Source: Tubiluchus corallicola (Eukaryota; Animalia; Priapulida). Taken from it: DNA of 30,792 nucleotides. The stretch spans positions 1 through 30,792 of the forward strand of contig JAQGDQ010001656.1 of assembly GCA_030141605.1 (NCBI GenBank), given 5' to 3'. Positions 1 to 15,839 of this stretch are shown here, in pieces (the first letter of the stretch is position 1; the number at the start of each line of letters is the position of its first letter). The position numbers were made by a program, and so were the translations under genes. Under the pieces are notes generated by a model, which ran no database searches, was not told the DNA's origin, and was given only the letters and a program-made list of their open reading frames with translations.

Positions 1-489
1 GAAAGAAAAATGGCAATGAAGGTGGTAATAGAATAGTAATTGTGTAAAAACGTTGAACCAAACTAGAAAGGCGGCTGTGTACAATGTAAACATGACCATG
101 CGCCTAGCAAATAAACAGTCCACCTTATCTTGCAGACTTTTCGTTCCGCAAAACAAAGAATTTAATCATCCAGATTTATAACAAGTAATTTCCGTGCGCT
201 GCTGGTAATCTCATCTAGCCTGGTTGCAACCTTTCGGCTAACAGCTCTTTTAAAGTTTGCTTAATATAGAACTGCACGACTCGTAAATAATTGTTAGCAT
301 CTTTTTCACATGGGTTCCTCTAATTAAAGCAATGAAAGCTTAAAACTGAAGGTTAAGCTGCTCTCAAAAGTCACAATTCGCAATTTGTGAAATGAACATA
401 CGCGGTACAGATACTGAGACATTTTGATAAAATAACAGAGTCGAGTAACGAAATTAGAAGTATCGGTCGGTGAATACCCTTTTTAGAGG

Positions 490-608
490 TCTCAAATCCG
501 CGATCGCGATTCATGGAACCCTGGTACTCAGGACTTATTTTTCAATTCCCAAAATGGCCACAGTCAGTCCCGGGACCCCACAACTGCTGTCATCGCGGGA
601 TTTCGAGA
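490..608. repeat. Short imperfect inverted repeat pair, possible MITE remnant
   Basis: TCTCAAATCCGCGAT at 490-504 matches the reverse complement of 592-608 (TCTCGAAATCCCGCGAT) with two 1-nt gaps. No clear TSD. Confidence 0.3.
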
Positions 609-1449
609 TTAGTACACAGTAAAAAACACAGTACACGTCTGTGACGTCACGCAGCTTCACTAATTGGCGTGATCTAATGTTGACTTTCACGTCTTTCAAG
701 CTAATCTAGGTCAAACCCAAATGTTTACCAATCTTTTTTAGTTTTACTTATTATATATTACCTATTGTATAACCCTAATAACATAATACTGCTATTCGAA
801 ATCACCAATCGAAGTTTTTTTAAAAACAGTATGTTAATGAATTTTAACCTGCCAAAAGCTTACATTGTAAATGTTGCGCCTAATACGAGTGCATGACGAA
901 TCATTTTCATTTTACAATTCCGATCCTGGCGTAAAAGACAAACCTTGATCCCGAATTCGGAAAGCACGAAATTAAACTGGATTAGGGAATTGAGACGCCT
1001 ATATCCTGAATAACATACCCGGGGCTGTTCTTCATTCTCACTCGAAGACTTGACCAATGTAAATGAGCAGCAAAATTAATTCCCGTCTAGGAATTAGGTT
1101 GTTTCTGATTTTTGAAATCAATTAGTATCAGTAAATGCGTATTTAATTTTGGAGTAGTTTATTAAATTACATTACTCAGTAAACGATGTGAAACGATTTA
1201 ATCCTTCAGACCTGATCAAACTGACGAATTTCTGTCAGAATTCAACAGATCGTTAAATCCGCTAAATTTCAAGGTTAAAAGTGTTTACCGTTTTATGCAG
1301 AGTCGAAAAGCTAAAGTAAGGTAAAGTAAAAGAGTAAAGTTAATTTTTACAATTATGCTTTTCAATTGAAACCTAAAACATTAATATCAATCAAATTTAA
1401 AGAAGACATACTTAACTAAGTAATTTACATTGTGTATAATAAATAACTC

Positions 1450-1925
1450 ATCTTAGATGCTTCCTTTATGCATCACAGCACCGCTCATAATTTGATGCCA
1501 TGTTCTCCGACCTGCTGCCAAATGCGAAGTATTCACGCTGCTGCCCGCCTCTTGGTTTCTCCGCGGGTATCATTGCTTGATGTAATGCTAGTAAGTGGAG
1601 AATCCAGTGGTAATCTGATGACGTGTCCAATCCATCTAAGTCGACGCTTTTGTATGACCTCACTCCATTCCTTCTCCTTTGTTAAATCCTTCTGTACAGA
1701 CGTCTTTGGAAAGCATTGATTTCATTCTTCTGGGTAACTTTGACTGTCCACAATACAGAATTATAGAAGAACACAGGTTTCTACACGTGATAACAGAATA
1801 TATAGTTAGTTTCTAAGCTAAGACTCGGATTTTATAAAATGTTTGTAGCTTAGAATGTGCAGAAAAGCCAATATTTTTCTGTGTGGTATGTCAGCTTCAG
1901 TGCCTAGTAAACTTTCAAGTTTACA
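1450..1925 (-). mobile_element. Decayed RTE-clade LINE, 3' part of ORF2
   Basis: Minus-strand translation across frameshifts gives SLLGTEADI.HRKILAF, PVFFYNSVLWTVKVTQKNEINAFQRRLYRRI, EWSEVIQKRRLRWIGHVIRLP and AEKPRGGQQ. These are the characteristic RTE post-RT motifs (LYxxExW, RRLRWxGHxxR, RGRP). Confidence 0.85.
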
Positions 1926-2399
1926 ATTGACGTCAAACGTATTGGTCTATCGCTCCACCCCCGCTATAACGTAAGCACGCTCAGCAGCATTCGGGACAAC
2001 AGCTCACGCAGGACAACAACTGTCCAAGCTAAACTAAACTAAACTAAACAACATGAGAGTCACAACTAATGTCTAATCAGCAGATAAACTTGTTGCACTT
2101 TTTCACAAACACAAATTTACAGAGCAGCAATTATTTTTACACGAAATTAACTCTTCAAATAGCCAAAAAATGACTTTTCAATTTAGACAGAATGTAGAGA
2201 CGAAGTTTCAAAGCACTACAAAATACAGAGACATAAGTATAATAAAGAAACTAAGCCAGTTTGCTTTACAATAAATGAGCAACAAAAATATTAAGTCTCC
2301 ACGCGCGAAACATTAAGACACAAACATCATGCCTGCGATGCATTTTTCTATATTAACTGATCGTGTGCTCGTCTGCAAGATTTATTTAGTTTTTCTATT

Positions 2400-2495
2400 T
2401 TTCCAATTGTCAGGCTACTCAATCTGTCAGAACTCAATTTCACCAATGCTAGTTGCTACCCATGTATAATCATCAGCATACTGCATGGGTAAGAG
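2400..2495 (-). mobile_element. Reverse transcriptase fragment (YADD), collinear with the RTE remnant at 1450-1925
   Basis: Minus strand reads PMQYADDYTWVATSIGEIE followed by stops. YADD codons lie at 2469-2480, on the same strand and in the expected order relative to the downstream RTE fragment. Confidence 0.6.
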
Positions 2496-5400
2496 ACTCG
2501 AATGCGATCCAAGTAAATAAATCACACATGATTACTTCGCTACCTTTTCCTAGAAATGTCCTGTAAGTGAAGTCCTAGGAAAGTTCTATGCGTCGATTGG
2601 AAAAGCACATTGCTGTTTAAACGACGTGATTTGATTTTCGTACGATTATTGTGTTCATCGTAATTCTTAACATAGCTGACATGTGTGAATTATGCAGGAT
2701 ACATGTCACAATGCAAAACGATTGGTGACAGAGACTAATGGCATTGGTTTTACGGCCATTCCAGCTTAGGGAATAGGTTTGGGAATAGATTTGTGCGTCT
2801 AGAAATTACTTTCATCCTATCTTCTGCAAGATTGGGCGTCCACACATGTTGCTCATATATTTAAAATAATCTTTAATACAAGGCAAATTTCGCATACAAA
2901 AAGTTGTTGGTCGGTAAGATCAATTGTGTGGCAATTTTAGAGGAAAATTAAGCTTCTGATTAACCGATTTTGTCCGGTTATTTAGCTATAATAAAACGGG
3001 CACTACTACGATACCTTGTTGATTATAATTTCACACAACAGAAAAAAACGTAAAAATCTCTTTTCACTTTCAATAACTAAACTTACAAAAGGTCCTCCTA
3101 TAACTGACCGAGGACCTCCCATAATCAAGAACGAAGCCAAATTTTTAGACAAATTCAAATCAGCAGCTTTAAATATTTAAAGAGCAAATACGAAAAATTC
3201 TTCTAAACACTGTTCCTTAATAATACCAAATTGTTTACTTTACTATTTTAATAACTAAGTGATTTATTTTCCACCTAGGTTTTTTCTATTATTATTTCGT
3301 CCAGATAGATAAATTAACAAGCTCGACCGTTTTTCGGTTATCACGGCTCCTTAATTCTTTGTCCAAATTAATTCCTACATTTATATTAATAAATAATACT
3401 ACATTTATACTACTAGAAAAATATTTCTACATTTAAAAAAACTATTTATTTTGATTTCAATAAAGCTCTGAGGAATTAGTTATCTGAGCTGAACCTGACA
3501 TTTTCTTCATTTTCTTGTGCCTTATTTCTACTATTCATTTTATTTGCCTAAAGCCATTATGGCAAGTTTACTTTCAACTGATATTTAAAATAAAGAGACG
3601 TGAACCTAAAATTTATTTATTCTCTCTGTGTTTTCGCATCTGTTTTTGCTCTGGTGGGACCCGCATTACGAGAAACGCCGCAGGTCTTGAGCGTTCGTTC
3701 CTCGACATTTACCAGATATATGGCTTCTGCCGCAAAAAATCAGGAAAAACAACAAAATGCCCTGGACTTTCTCCAGAGTCGTTGCTCGTCATGTAGCACA
3801 GAACATTTTATGGTTAAAACGAATGAGGTCTCATAAATGATAAAGTTCCTTATATTTACTGATTCTTGGAGTAAGTTTAAGTATAAGACCCGTGTTCCAC
3901 AGAGTTGAACATAATCCGTAAGCGTAAGCCATGAGGAAAAATGCCGCTTCATGAAAAATAAACGCATGCTAACTAATGGTCTTTGTCATACAAATATTCC
4001 ATTTGCCATCGTGCACCTACTGCGGATTGCCTATCTTAAGCCGTGAGTTGGAATCCACGGTAGGTTCCTCAAGTCGTTTTGAGCGGTTCATAAGGCGCCT
4101 TATTGCGAGATAAATTTGGCCATTAATTTCATTTGCCATAAAGCGTTTTGGATCGTGATTAATGCGATAATTAGCATGTTTGTGGTTTTTACAGTGCGCA
4201 GTTTATTTATATCAGAAGAATTCATTCAGAATGGTCTCACAAACATGAAAAGGCAATTTCTAAGCACGACGTTTCAGTAATATTGCAATTATATATCGTC
4301 CATGCCGAGATGGATTATGGCAAAACGCCTTACTAATTACGCAGAATAAGGAGTATATCGTGGATTATGATATACGCCTTATGGAGCGTGAGCGACGGAT
4401 TATGGATTATGGCTTGCACCTTACGTCTTTCTCTGTGTGACACGGGGTTATAATTGCTCCACTAACGGCGCGAATACACAAATTCTATCCCATGGCCACT
4501 GGAATAAAAGAACCATTAAGCAAGCAACACTCCAAAGCCGACTTCATAACATATCACGTGATTGTGCTTTGTTCTTTTTCTTAAAAATGAACTGCGAAAA
4601 CTTCTCTCGAAAAACACGTTGAAGGTTTTAAATGCGTTTAAACAGCAAATCGAATCAAGTGCGTTTAGACAGGAAATCCGATCAAATCAATGTTTCAAAC
4701 CTGGTTTGTCTGATGTTGCAGTTTCAATAAAACTATGTCTAAACCAAGTCACAAAGACGACTCATTTTGAGTTGAGTCAGCCAATGGCTGCCGGTCAGAT
4801 TTGCGAAATTTTAAGAGATTTGTCATCTCGTAAAGGTTTTGACACATTTTCGTCGAATTAAAAAAAAAAATTAACTTATGATTGATTTCTGATATGTCAA
4901 AGTATGTCGTGATCGTTGGTGAGCAACACTATTTCGGTGCAAATTGTGCTAAACAACCTGCGAATTGTACTCCAGTCTGTAGTCCTTACCAAAAGGCACT
5001 GAGTGATCTCACTGAGAATGCGTAACGTTATATTTCTAAACGTTTATTTGTTCATTGTAATTTGACTTGAACTATAGATTACGGATAGGGATAGATTAAG
5101 ATTTTTAAATATCCAGTCAATGGAAGAATGAAGCATTATTTTCGACTTGAAGATGACGAATAAAATGTGTAATCAGTTTGTTGGCTTGAATTTTGCTGAC
5201 TTTTTCCCCTTTGCACCACGTCCGGGATTAAAAGAACATAGTTTTAAGCTTTTAATAAGATTTTCCAAACTGAATATACACAAATTCTGCTTTTCGCTGT
5301 ACCTATATGGACCACTTTACTACCGGAAATTGCAAGCTGTTCAATGTTTAAAGCCTTTTTCAGGAAACTTATTGGTTTTGATTTATCGATGTATTGCTCT

Positions 5401-6151
5401 TTTGACAGATAGCTAATATCTTAGTCTTGTAAGTCTTGTTAATCTTCGCAAGAGAGTTCGTCTGGTGGACTTTTCCTTTTCATTAAATATAATATTTTAA
5501 ACTCGAAATTTATTCATGGAATTTATTTGTAACATGATGTTGCATGATTTACTATTTCTATGAATAAAAATAAGAAAAACTAAAATCGGTTCGCATTTTC
5601 TATTAACTTACGGGTTACAGCAAGAAAAAATCTTTTCATAAAACACTTTTTTCACGTCATAAAGCCCACATATAAAAGGTGATAACAAAACACGATAATT
5701 TAATTTAAAAAATTGTAGTAGTCTTACCAACTCCTGTAAGTTGCGATGAAACAAGCTATGTAGAATTTTCTACGTTACGATGTGGAAGTTTACAGAAAAA
5801 AACTTTCAGAACTTCACTGATTTTCCCAGGTTAAATTAAACCTACATGTGACACACCGTTTACAAAAGAGTCCTCTGGTTAACTGAAGAATCTTTCGATC
5901 GTTTCGTGGCTATACATTTGGTCACATGTGGTGTAAGCGCACGTTTTTCAACAATATTCTGTTGAAGAAACCATGTCGCTGGCGTAGCGGCTTCTGAATA
6001 CGCATGCTCAAACAATCTCAGCTACGAAAATGAATGAGTCTAGCGTGAAATGATAACTCTGACTGAATGTTGATGACGTTTTTGCATTTGTTTAGCATGA
6101 AAGGTTACTTGGAAGGCAGTCAAAATCTTTTTTAAAAAGTTTATTAGATGA

Positions 6152-9940
<3,789 letters not shown>

Positions 9941-10089
9941 CTTACGCGAATACATATTTTGCCTTTACACATAAAAAACGTTATCTTACCGTCATATTCT
10001 TCGATGTGATAAAATGTAAACTTAGCGTGTGTACTTAAAACATAATAGATGTCTTGCATCCCCAAGAAATAAGTTCTGTGACTGTAAGT

Positions 10090-10280
10090 GAACAACAACA
10101 GCTTAATTTTTCACAGTTGTCTCTCCATGAGAAAGTTAAAGTTAAGAAAAGAGGCCGTTCAACACCCGATCTTCAAATAATAATTACAACATTAAAATTA
10201 CGTTTTACGCAGTATTGAAACAATGGCTGAAAATTTTCTGAAGCACCACCCCCACTAATTTTAGTTACGAACCGCCACTG
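10090..10280 (+). mobile_element. Possible internally deleted hAT (Tip100/ZMYM1-like) DNA transposon remnant
   Basis: Translation NFSQLSLHEKVKVKKRGRSTPDLQI resembles the N-terminus of Tip100-type transposases (FS.L...EK..IK..GRPTP.L, recalled pattern). CCGCCACTG at 10272-10280 is the reverse complement of a CAGTGGCGG hAT-type terminus. No left terminus was seen. Confidence 0.45.
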
Positions 10281-10294
10281 TTAATTTAGCGGCA

Positions 10295-10800
10295 GATTAG
10301 TTGGTCACTTGGTAGGTTGGCTGGTTAGCTTCTTAATTGAGCAGTTGATCGAACTAGTCGACTGCTCGGCAGACTAGCTAACTGATTGTTTGTTAGTTGT
10401 TTAGCTGGCTGATTGGTTGGTCACTTGTTAGCTGCTAGCTCCTGGTTGGCTAGATGACTGTCCGGCTGGCCACTCAGTCAATAAGTTCTGCATGTTTACT
10501 ATAGACCCTATGTTGATTCAGCAAAAGGCCGTTTGGCGGGCAGTTGAATAGTTAATTTGTTGGTTGTTTGGTTAACTGGTTGGTTATTTAGTTGGTTACT
10601 GGGCGAATGAGTGCCTTTTGTTTTAAATATGCTTTATCAATTATTTGTTAATTATTTGGTTTGTACGTTGTTGGCTAATCGGTCAGTTAATCTGTTAGTT
10701 AGCTGACTGCCTAGCTGTTTGATTGGGAGATCGAGTATTGCCATTTCTTAGCTATTAAATAAGTGATTAATCAGTTTTTGGTTTCTTTGTTGGTTAATTG
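10295..10800. repeat. Degenerate tetranucleotide-like low-complexity repeat (GTTG/GTTA/GCTA/GCTG)
   Basis: 4-nt periodic runs such as TTAGTTGGTCACTTGGTAGGTTGGCTGGTTAGCT and TTGTTGGTTGTTTGGTTAACTGGTTGGTT. Confidence 0.7.
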
Positions 10801-10899
10801 ATATCTTAGTGCTTAGTTCTGGATATCTTATTTATCAATCATATTAATGATGGAATTGGACGCTTTCATAAATACTGAAAGGAAGGAAGAGTGAAGAAG

Positions 10900-10975
10900 T
10901 CGAAAGTAAGTCGATTTAAGGCGAGAACTTTTGAGTACAAGGCAACACTGTTGACTGCTAGACCACACAGTCACT
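10900..10975 (-). mobile_element. Possible degenerate tRNA-derived SINE head
   Basis: Minus strand GACTGTGTGGTCTAGCAGTCAA is A-box-like. A poor B-box-like GCCTTAAATCG follows at tRNA-like spacing. It does not fold as an intact tRNA by eye. Confidence 0.3.
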
Positions 10976-12030
10976 TGTGCGCCTAATTATAAATAATTAC
11001 TTACAATTGATTAGTTTAGGCTCGAAGTTAAATACACGATTAAAATAATACGTTGCTAATTATCATGCGTGAATTAATTTATCCTTGGTGAACAATTAGG
11101 ATTTGCTAAAAGTTTCCTCTTGGTCCAAAAGGCTGTATGATATAAAACATTTTGGCATTGTAACCTAAAAGTATGTGGATCGGTTCCGATATGTTTCCGT
11201 TTCCGTATTTGCCGCTAGGTTTTATTTAAATAATAATAATTGTGGATTCGTTCTAAGTTTAATTGAAGTTTGGTTAGTTGGCTGACGGATTAGGTGGTCT
11301 TCACGCAATACCGGGTTATGCGTTCAGTTAGTGTATTTTTAGCAAACTGCGCTTTCTTTACCTACTCCTGGTTCAGTACTGAGCTGCCACCTATCGTGCA
11401 ACAATAAAACTATTGTGCTAAAACATTAAAGACGTGCGCTATCTGTTTAATTAATCGGACTTTGAACGACGATAAATAGCAACGGTAGAGTTAACGCCCA
11501 ACATTGGGCAATTTACAAATAAAACACTGACACATATGATTCATTACGGCAGCTATATTTGCATAAAGGAAGAAAACCACTGACAGATAATTTTGGGAGT
11601 GTACCTTAAAGTACGATTAAAAGGGTAAATTCTATATGCAAAAAGATAAACTATAAGACCCTGATATAAGAAACACTTTTAAAAATTATCGTTATTAGTT
11701 TTAATGAGCTAGCATTCACTTACAAATGCTGTAGGTTGAACTACCATGCTTCTATAATAAAATTAAAACAGTTTACCTAAGATGGCTATTATCAGTTATC
11801 CAATACAAGGAATTAAACCTTATATTACTACAGTTACCTGTACCTGGGCACGCCCACCAACTGTTTGCATATGATATGAGCAATATAACACACCGGCAGT
11901 AAAGTATTAGACCACATATCCACCTTCTTTGCTTGTGAACATGGTTTTCGAATGAATAAGCTATCTAAAACATATTAAACGCAGAATAGCACTTTCAAAC
12001 ATTTATTATTCAAATTTCTGATTTAAAGGA

Positions 12031-12115
12031 ATGAAGCATACGCGTGTAAATATGCCGTCTCAAATAATTTTATTTTTATGTACAACGATATTGTTTCAAC
12101 TATCCATTGCACAAG
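12031..12115 (+). CDS. Ig-domain protein gene, exon 1 (signal peptide)
   Basis: Encodes MKHTRVNMPSQIILFLCTTILFQLSIAQ (alternative ATG at 12052) with a hydrophobic core and an S-I-A|Q cleavage site. It ends in a consensus donor AAG|GTAAGT, phase 1, which joins in frame to the 21529 exon (G+AT = Asp). Confidence 0.8.
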
Positions 12116-12177
12116 GTAAGTGAAAGCATTCTACATAAAACAATCATGTTACTTTTTTTAGTAGTAGCAGCAGTAGT

Positions 12178-12179
<2 letters not shown>

Positions 12180-12260
<81 letters not shown>
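12180..12260. repeat. (CAG)27 trinucleotide repeat flanked by TAG repeats, intronic
   Basis: 81 bp of pure CAG within a TAG/CAG tract spanning 12160-12270. Confidence 0.97.
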
Positions 12261-12270
<10 letters not shown>

Positions 12271-12283
12271 TTATTATATGACG

Positions 12284-12359
12284 TAGTTCCGAAGAACTTT
12301 AAAACACATGGTTAATAGTACAAATTATTTACCATGTGTTCTAAAGTTCTTCGGAACTA
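12284..12359. repeat. Long hairpin/foldback (34-bp arms, 8-nt loop)
   Basis: TAGTTCCGAAGAACTTTAAAACACATGGTTAATA (12284-12317) pairs with TATTTACCATGTGTTCTAAAGTTCTTCGGAACTA (12326-12359) with 2 mismatches. Confidence 0.9.
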
Positions 12360-12814
12360 AATTAGTAATAAACTATAACTATTACTAAAAAATTAACCCA
12401 ATTTTTCTCGTTTTAATTTTAAAATTAACTTAATTAACTTTAATTTTCTAAAACTAAGCCAAAAATTAAGTCGAAATCGACAACCGTGATACAATTTTAG
12501 GTGACTTGCAGACCATAACATTCATAAATCTAAACCCATATAAAACTAGAACAAATGATTGAATAATTTTTCGAGTTTCTTATAACTGTCGTAGTATTTT
12601 GTTAACATTCATCAGAATTTGATTTAACTTGGAAAAATTAAAATTAAAATAAATCAAATTAAGTTTCTTATCGACAGCCATTTTGCATAGAGGCTGCAAA
12701 GCAACAAATAGTGATTAAACGTGTCAACGGGAAGTTTTCACTTTTGATCAAGTAACGTAGAAAACGTAGGTGCGCGATGGGACATCATAGGAGCACTTGC
12801 ATATTACTTATACA

Positions 12815-13150
12815 TTGTCATTGTCGTCCATTGAATCATGGCTCCAAAGACATGATTCAGTTCACCTCTTTGTGCCAGGTTGCCCTATTTCTTGCAATGG
12901 ACCAAGTGCTGCTATCTCTAAGGATCAGTGGTGAAGTGTTTAAAGCTTTCTAAACAAAATCTATATACATGTATGTTAACATTTGTCCTCCTGCTGGTTT
13001 TCTGGCTGGTTCTATTGCTTGTTGAAGAGTATCTTCAGGGAGTCTAAGCATATGCCAAATCTATATGGGTGTTTTCTTGAAAAAAAGAAATCTTTTTTGT
13101 CGCTAAACTATTATGATAATTCATTCTTTGTTAATGTGCAGACGATCTTT
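12815..13150 (-). mobile_element. Decayed RTE-clade LINE 3' end
   Basis: Minus strand reads HMLRLPEDTLQQAIEPARKPAGGQMLTY and IARNRATWHKEVN. The first is similar to the 1450-1925 fragment (GHVIRLP...ALHQAMIPAEKPRGGQ) and the second to the RTE terminal A.DR..W motif. Confidence 0.7.
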
Positions 13151-13396
13151 CAAGAAACACGGAAGGTTCAAGGCACCATTATCAAAACTAGGACTGGAGT
13201 TGTTTTTTCTAGCACTGATAATAGTTCCTTGAACCGAAACGATCACCTGCGCCATAATATAGGTACTATAACGTGTACTGATTTCTAGAAACTGACTCTT
13301 TCGTCTACTTGTTCCGATAAAGAAAATATTAGAGCTTTGTCTTTGTTTGATCATTGGATGCTACATTTGTAGAAGCTAAGCACAAGCACAGCTGAT

Positions 13397-15486
13397 TAGT
13401 CCAATTAAACTGACAAAATTTAGGCTAAAAACTAAAAAAGAACATTCACTGGAACAAGCAATATTGCCTACCGAGATTATATGATATATATAATATATGA
13501 TACTATGATATAATATATTTGCTATATATATATATATATAATTACCCTGCTTTCAGATCTTGATCATGATCATCGTCATCACCACCATCATCATCATCGT
13601 CATTTCGTCGTCCCGCCCTTTGTAGAATTGATATACTACCATTTATCAGAGCAGTCCGCTCTCAGCGCATAAGTTCTTGTGTTCCTAAAACTAAATTTGG
13701 CTGCAGTTGTATTTATTCTGGTTGTCCAAGTCGTTTTTGGTTTGCCAGGTGTTTTTCTGCAGGTCTTAACGTTTCTTTCATGGGGATTCTTACTGGTGTT
13801 TCATTTGGTAGTCTGAGAGGGTGCCCAAATTACCTTAATCTTCGAAGCTTAATCCTTCATTTTTGATTATGAATGGCCAACATTATCTTCAAAAAATTCC
13901 TATGGAGACTTCTATGAAACGAGTCAATATATTTTTCTTGATTAGTCGTTGACGCAACGTTTCGCGGTTGTACATAAAGTGTACTGGTAACGTAAGCGTT
14001 AAATAATCGAAATACTGTGCTTCGCTATTGCTTAAACTAGCAAGAAGTTAAGACTTAAAGAAAATTCCAAGGCTTCTTCAAAGTTAGGCTTCTTTCAATG
14101 TTCGTTAAAAATGTTAGACGGATTTAGTGAAAAAATGTTATAAGCACCTCGTATAATTAGTAAAATCACTTTAAAGACGCAATCGTTTTACGCTTACACG
14201 CTCCTATTTTGAACCATTCTTCCACCAATGACATCATTCGTCGTCTAAAGAAAAGCAGCTGACAAAAATATAATAAATTTTTACAAAAAAATAGATAACT
14301 AATTTCGCCATACTTTTGCATAAATCTTAGGTAAACTGCAGAAGTTTGACTTACTTTAAACAGCGTGTGCTTACCGAAAGCCACGATGCGCTTACAAAAA
14401 TCACGAAGTCCACCAGTTACGTCACACTTTTCAAGTGAATGGCGGCAACCGCCACACCTGAAAATTTCTATACAGCAACAATGTAAATTGGTTTTATGCT
14501 TTATAGTCAGTTTTTTGCAAATTTCTTTGTTGTATTTTTCTGAGTTGAGTTACAACAGTAAAATACATTCATCATGCTAAGTGACTTGTTCTTTCATTTA
14601 ATATCTGCATGCATTCTTGTGCTGAAGAAAAGCATGCATTGCTTGTCATCTTTAGTGTTTAGCAGAGTGCTCATGTATTTTTTCATGCTTGATTATAATC
14701 TCTAGTTATATTATAACTCCCTGTTTCGCATGTTTTGTTTGCACATTTGTTTTTTTTCTAACTGTTCCTGAAAATCTTTTTGACTATGTCAGTTTGAAAA
14801 TTTGTACACTAATGCAGCCTCGAGAAATGATCATGTGATTCCAAAGCAGAGTAGGTCTGGCCAAGCGTGCATGGTGGAAAATAAAAAAATCGATATTGGA
14901 ATTATACTCGATCCAGACCTAATCTAAAAAATAATAGTGCGCAATCAAAAACTTTATGATCGTTTTGAAATGCGCCCATGAAATAAATAAACATGGGCGT
15001 GTTTCTACTGCGGTACATATGTCAATAGTTTCTTTTGATGTGTAAATACAGGTAATCGGCTAGAGAGATAAAATTTTTCCGGCAAGTGCTGTTGCCACCT
15101 CAAACTAGATGACACACAATTATCCCACCGCTGACGTGCTGTTAGTTAGATAATAACTGCATGAATTTTGGTCTCAGTACACGTTTTGTATCACATAAAA
15201 TTACACCTCTGTCAGTCCGTCTTAAATGCCACCTAGTTGAGTAATTTTGTCTTTAATGCTGCGTTGGCGGTCATGTTGAATGACATTGGTCTTGAATAAA
15301 GTTATTTTAACTTTAGTGCTTTATTGGCGGCCATTTTGAATTTGGACCTCAAAACTTTTTTCCTCATGGTGGATTTATAGGGATTTTTAATATGTTGTTC
15401 TGGACGACTTTCTAAGTGTCTGTCCAAAAATTTAGCCTTACACGATTCTTGTCCGGGCCATTTTTTAGCCTAATTTGACTGGACTA
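13397..15486. mobile_element. Related inverted DNA-transposon termini (TAGTCC...TAGGCTAAAAA), possibly an Academ-like non-autonomous element with nested insertions
   Basis: 13397 reads TAGTCCAATTAAACTGACAAAATTTAGGCTAAAAA. The reverse complement of 15461-15486 reads TAGTCCAGTCAAATTAGGCTAAAAAA. Internal GGCGGCCATTTTGAA-type motifs occur near 15265 and 15325. The flanks show no matching TSD, so these may be two separate copies. Confidence 0.35.
13560..14020 (-). mobile_element. Decayed RTE-clade LINE 3' end with (GAT)n-type tail
   Basis: Minus strand reads FRLFNAYVTS, FMYN.ET, EKYIDSFHRSLHRNFLKI, WPFIIKNE, RIKLRRLR*FGHPLRLPNETPVR and PGKPKTTW. A (CAT)n run on the + strand at about 13562-13603 is the expected tandem-repeat tail. 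Confidence 0.8.
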
Positions 15487-15839
15487 AACGATTTATAAAG
15501 TCATCTTACTTGAAATAGTTTCATTTCTATAAGGCCTCTGATAATTAATCTGTTAGCCTTCCCTATTGGTTCACGTCCTCAACAATTTGAGAGTAGATTG
15601 GAGCGTTGCAGCCAGGAATTATATTAATGATTTCTGATTTCTGGCTTGAATGTTTCAAATCCTAAGCTCGTATAAAATACATTTTGTGAAGGTTCAGTGT
15701 ACCCTTGATCGCCTTCCAGGCTCCACTAGCATCATTTTTTCAGATATAAGTAACAACAATTTCTTAAGTTTGTCTGAAAATTCTACTGTGCCTTTTCGTC
15801 TTTCAATATCTTTGCGTCTAGTGTTTTGTGATCATGTAT

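Noticed and set aside
2435-2480. Hammerhead-like CTGATGA...GAAA on the minus strand
   Set aside because: No stem II pairing. The CTGATGA is part of the YADD codons of an RT remnant.
4437-5416. Short ORFs of 61-99 aa
   Set aside because: Non-ATG starts, no motifs and no convincing splice structure; expected by chance.
12180-12260. (CAG)27 as a polyglutamine exon
   Set aside because: It lies just downstream of a consensus donor and is bracketed by TAG stops in the CAG frame.
14435-15000. Short GC hairpins TGGCGGCAACCGCCA (about 14440) and CGCCCATG-N11-CATGGGCG (about 14973) as terminators or Helitron ends
   Set aside because: Intrinsic terminators do not apply in this context, and no CTRR end or matching 5' terminus was found.
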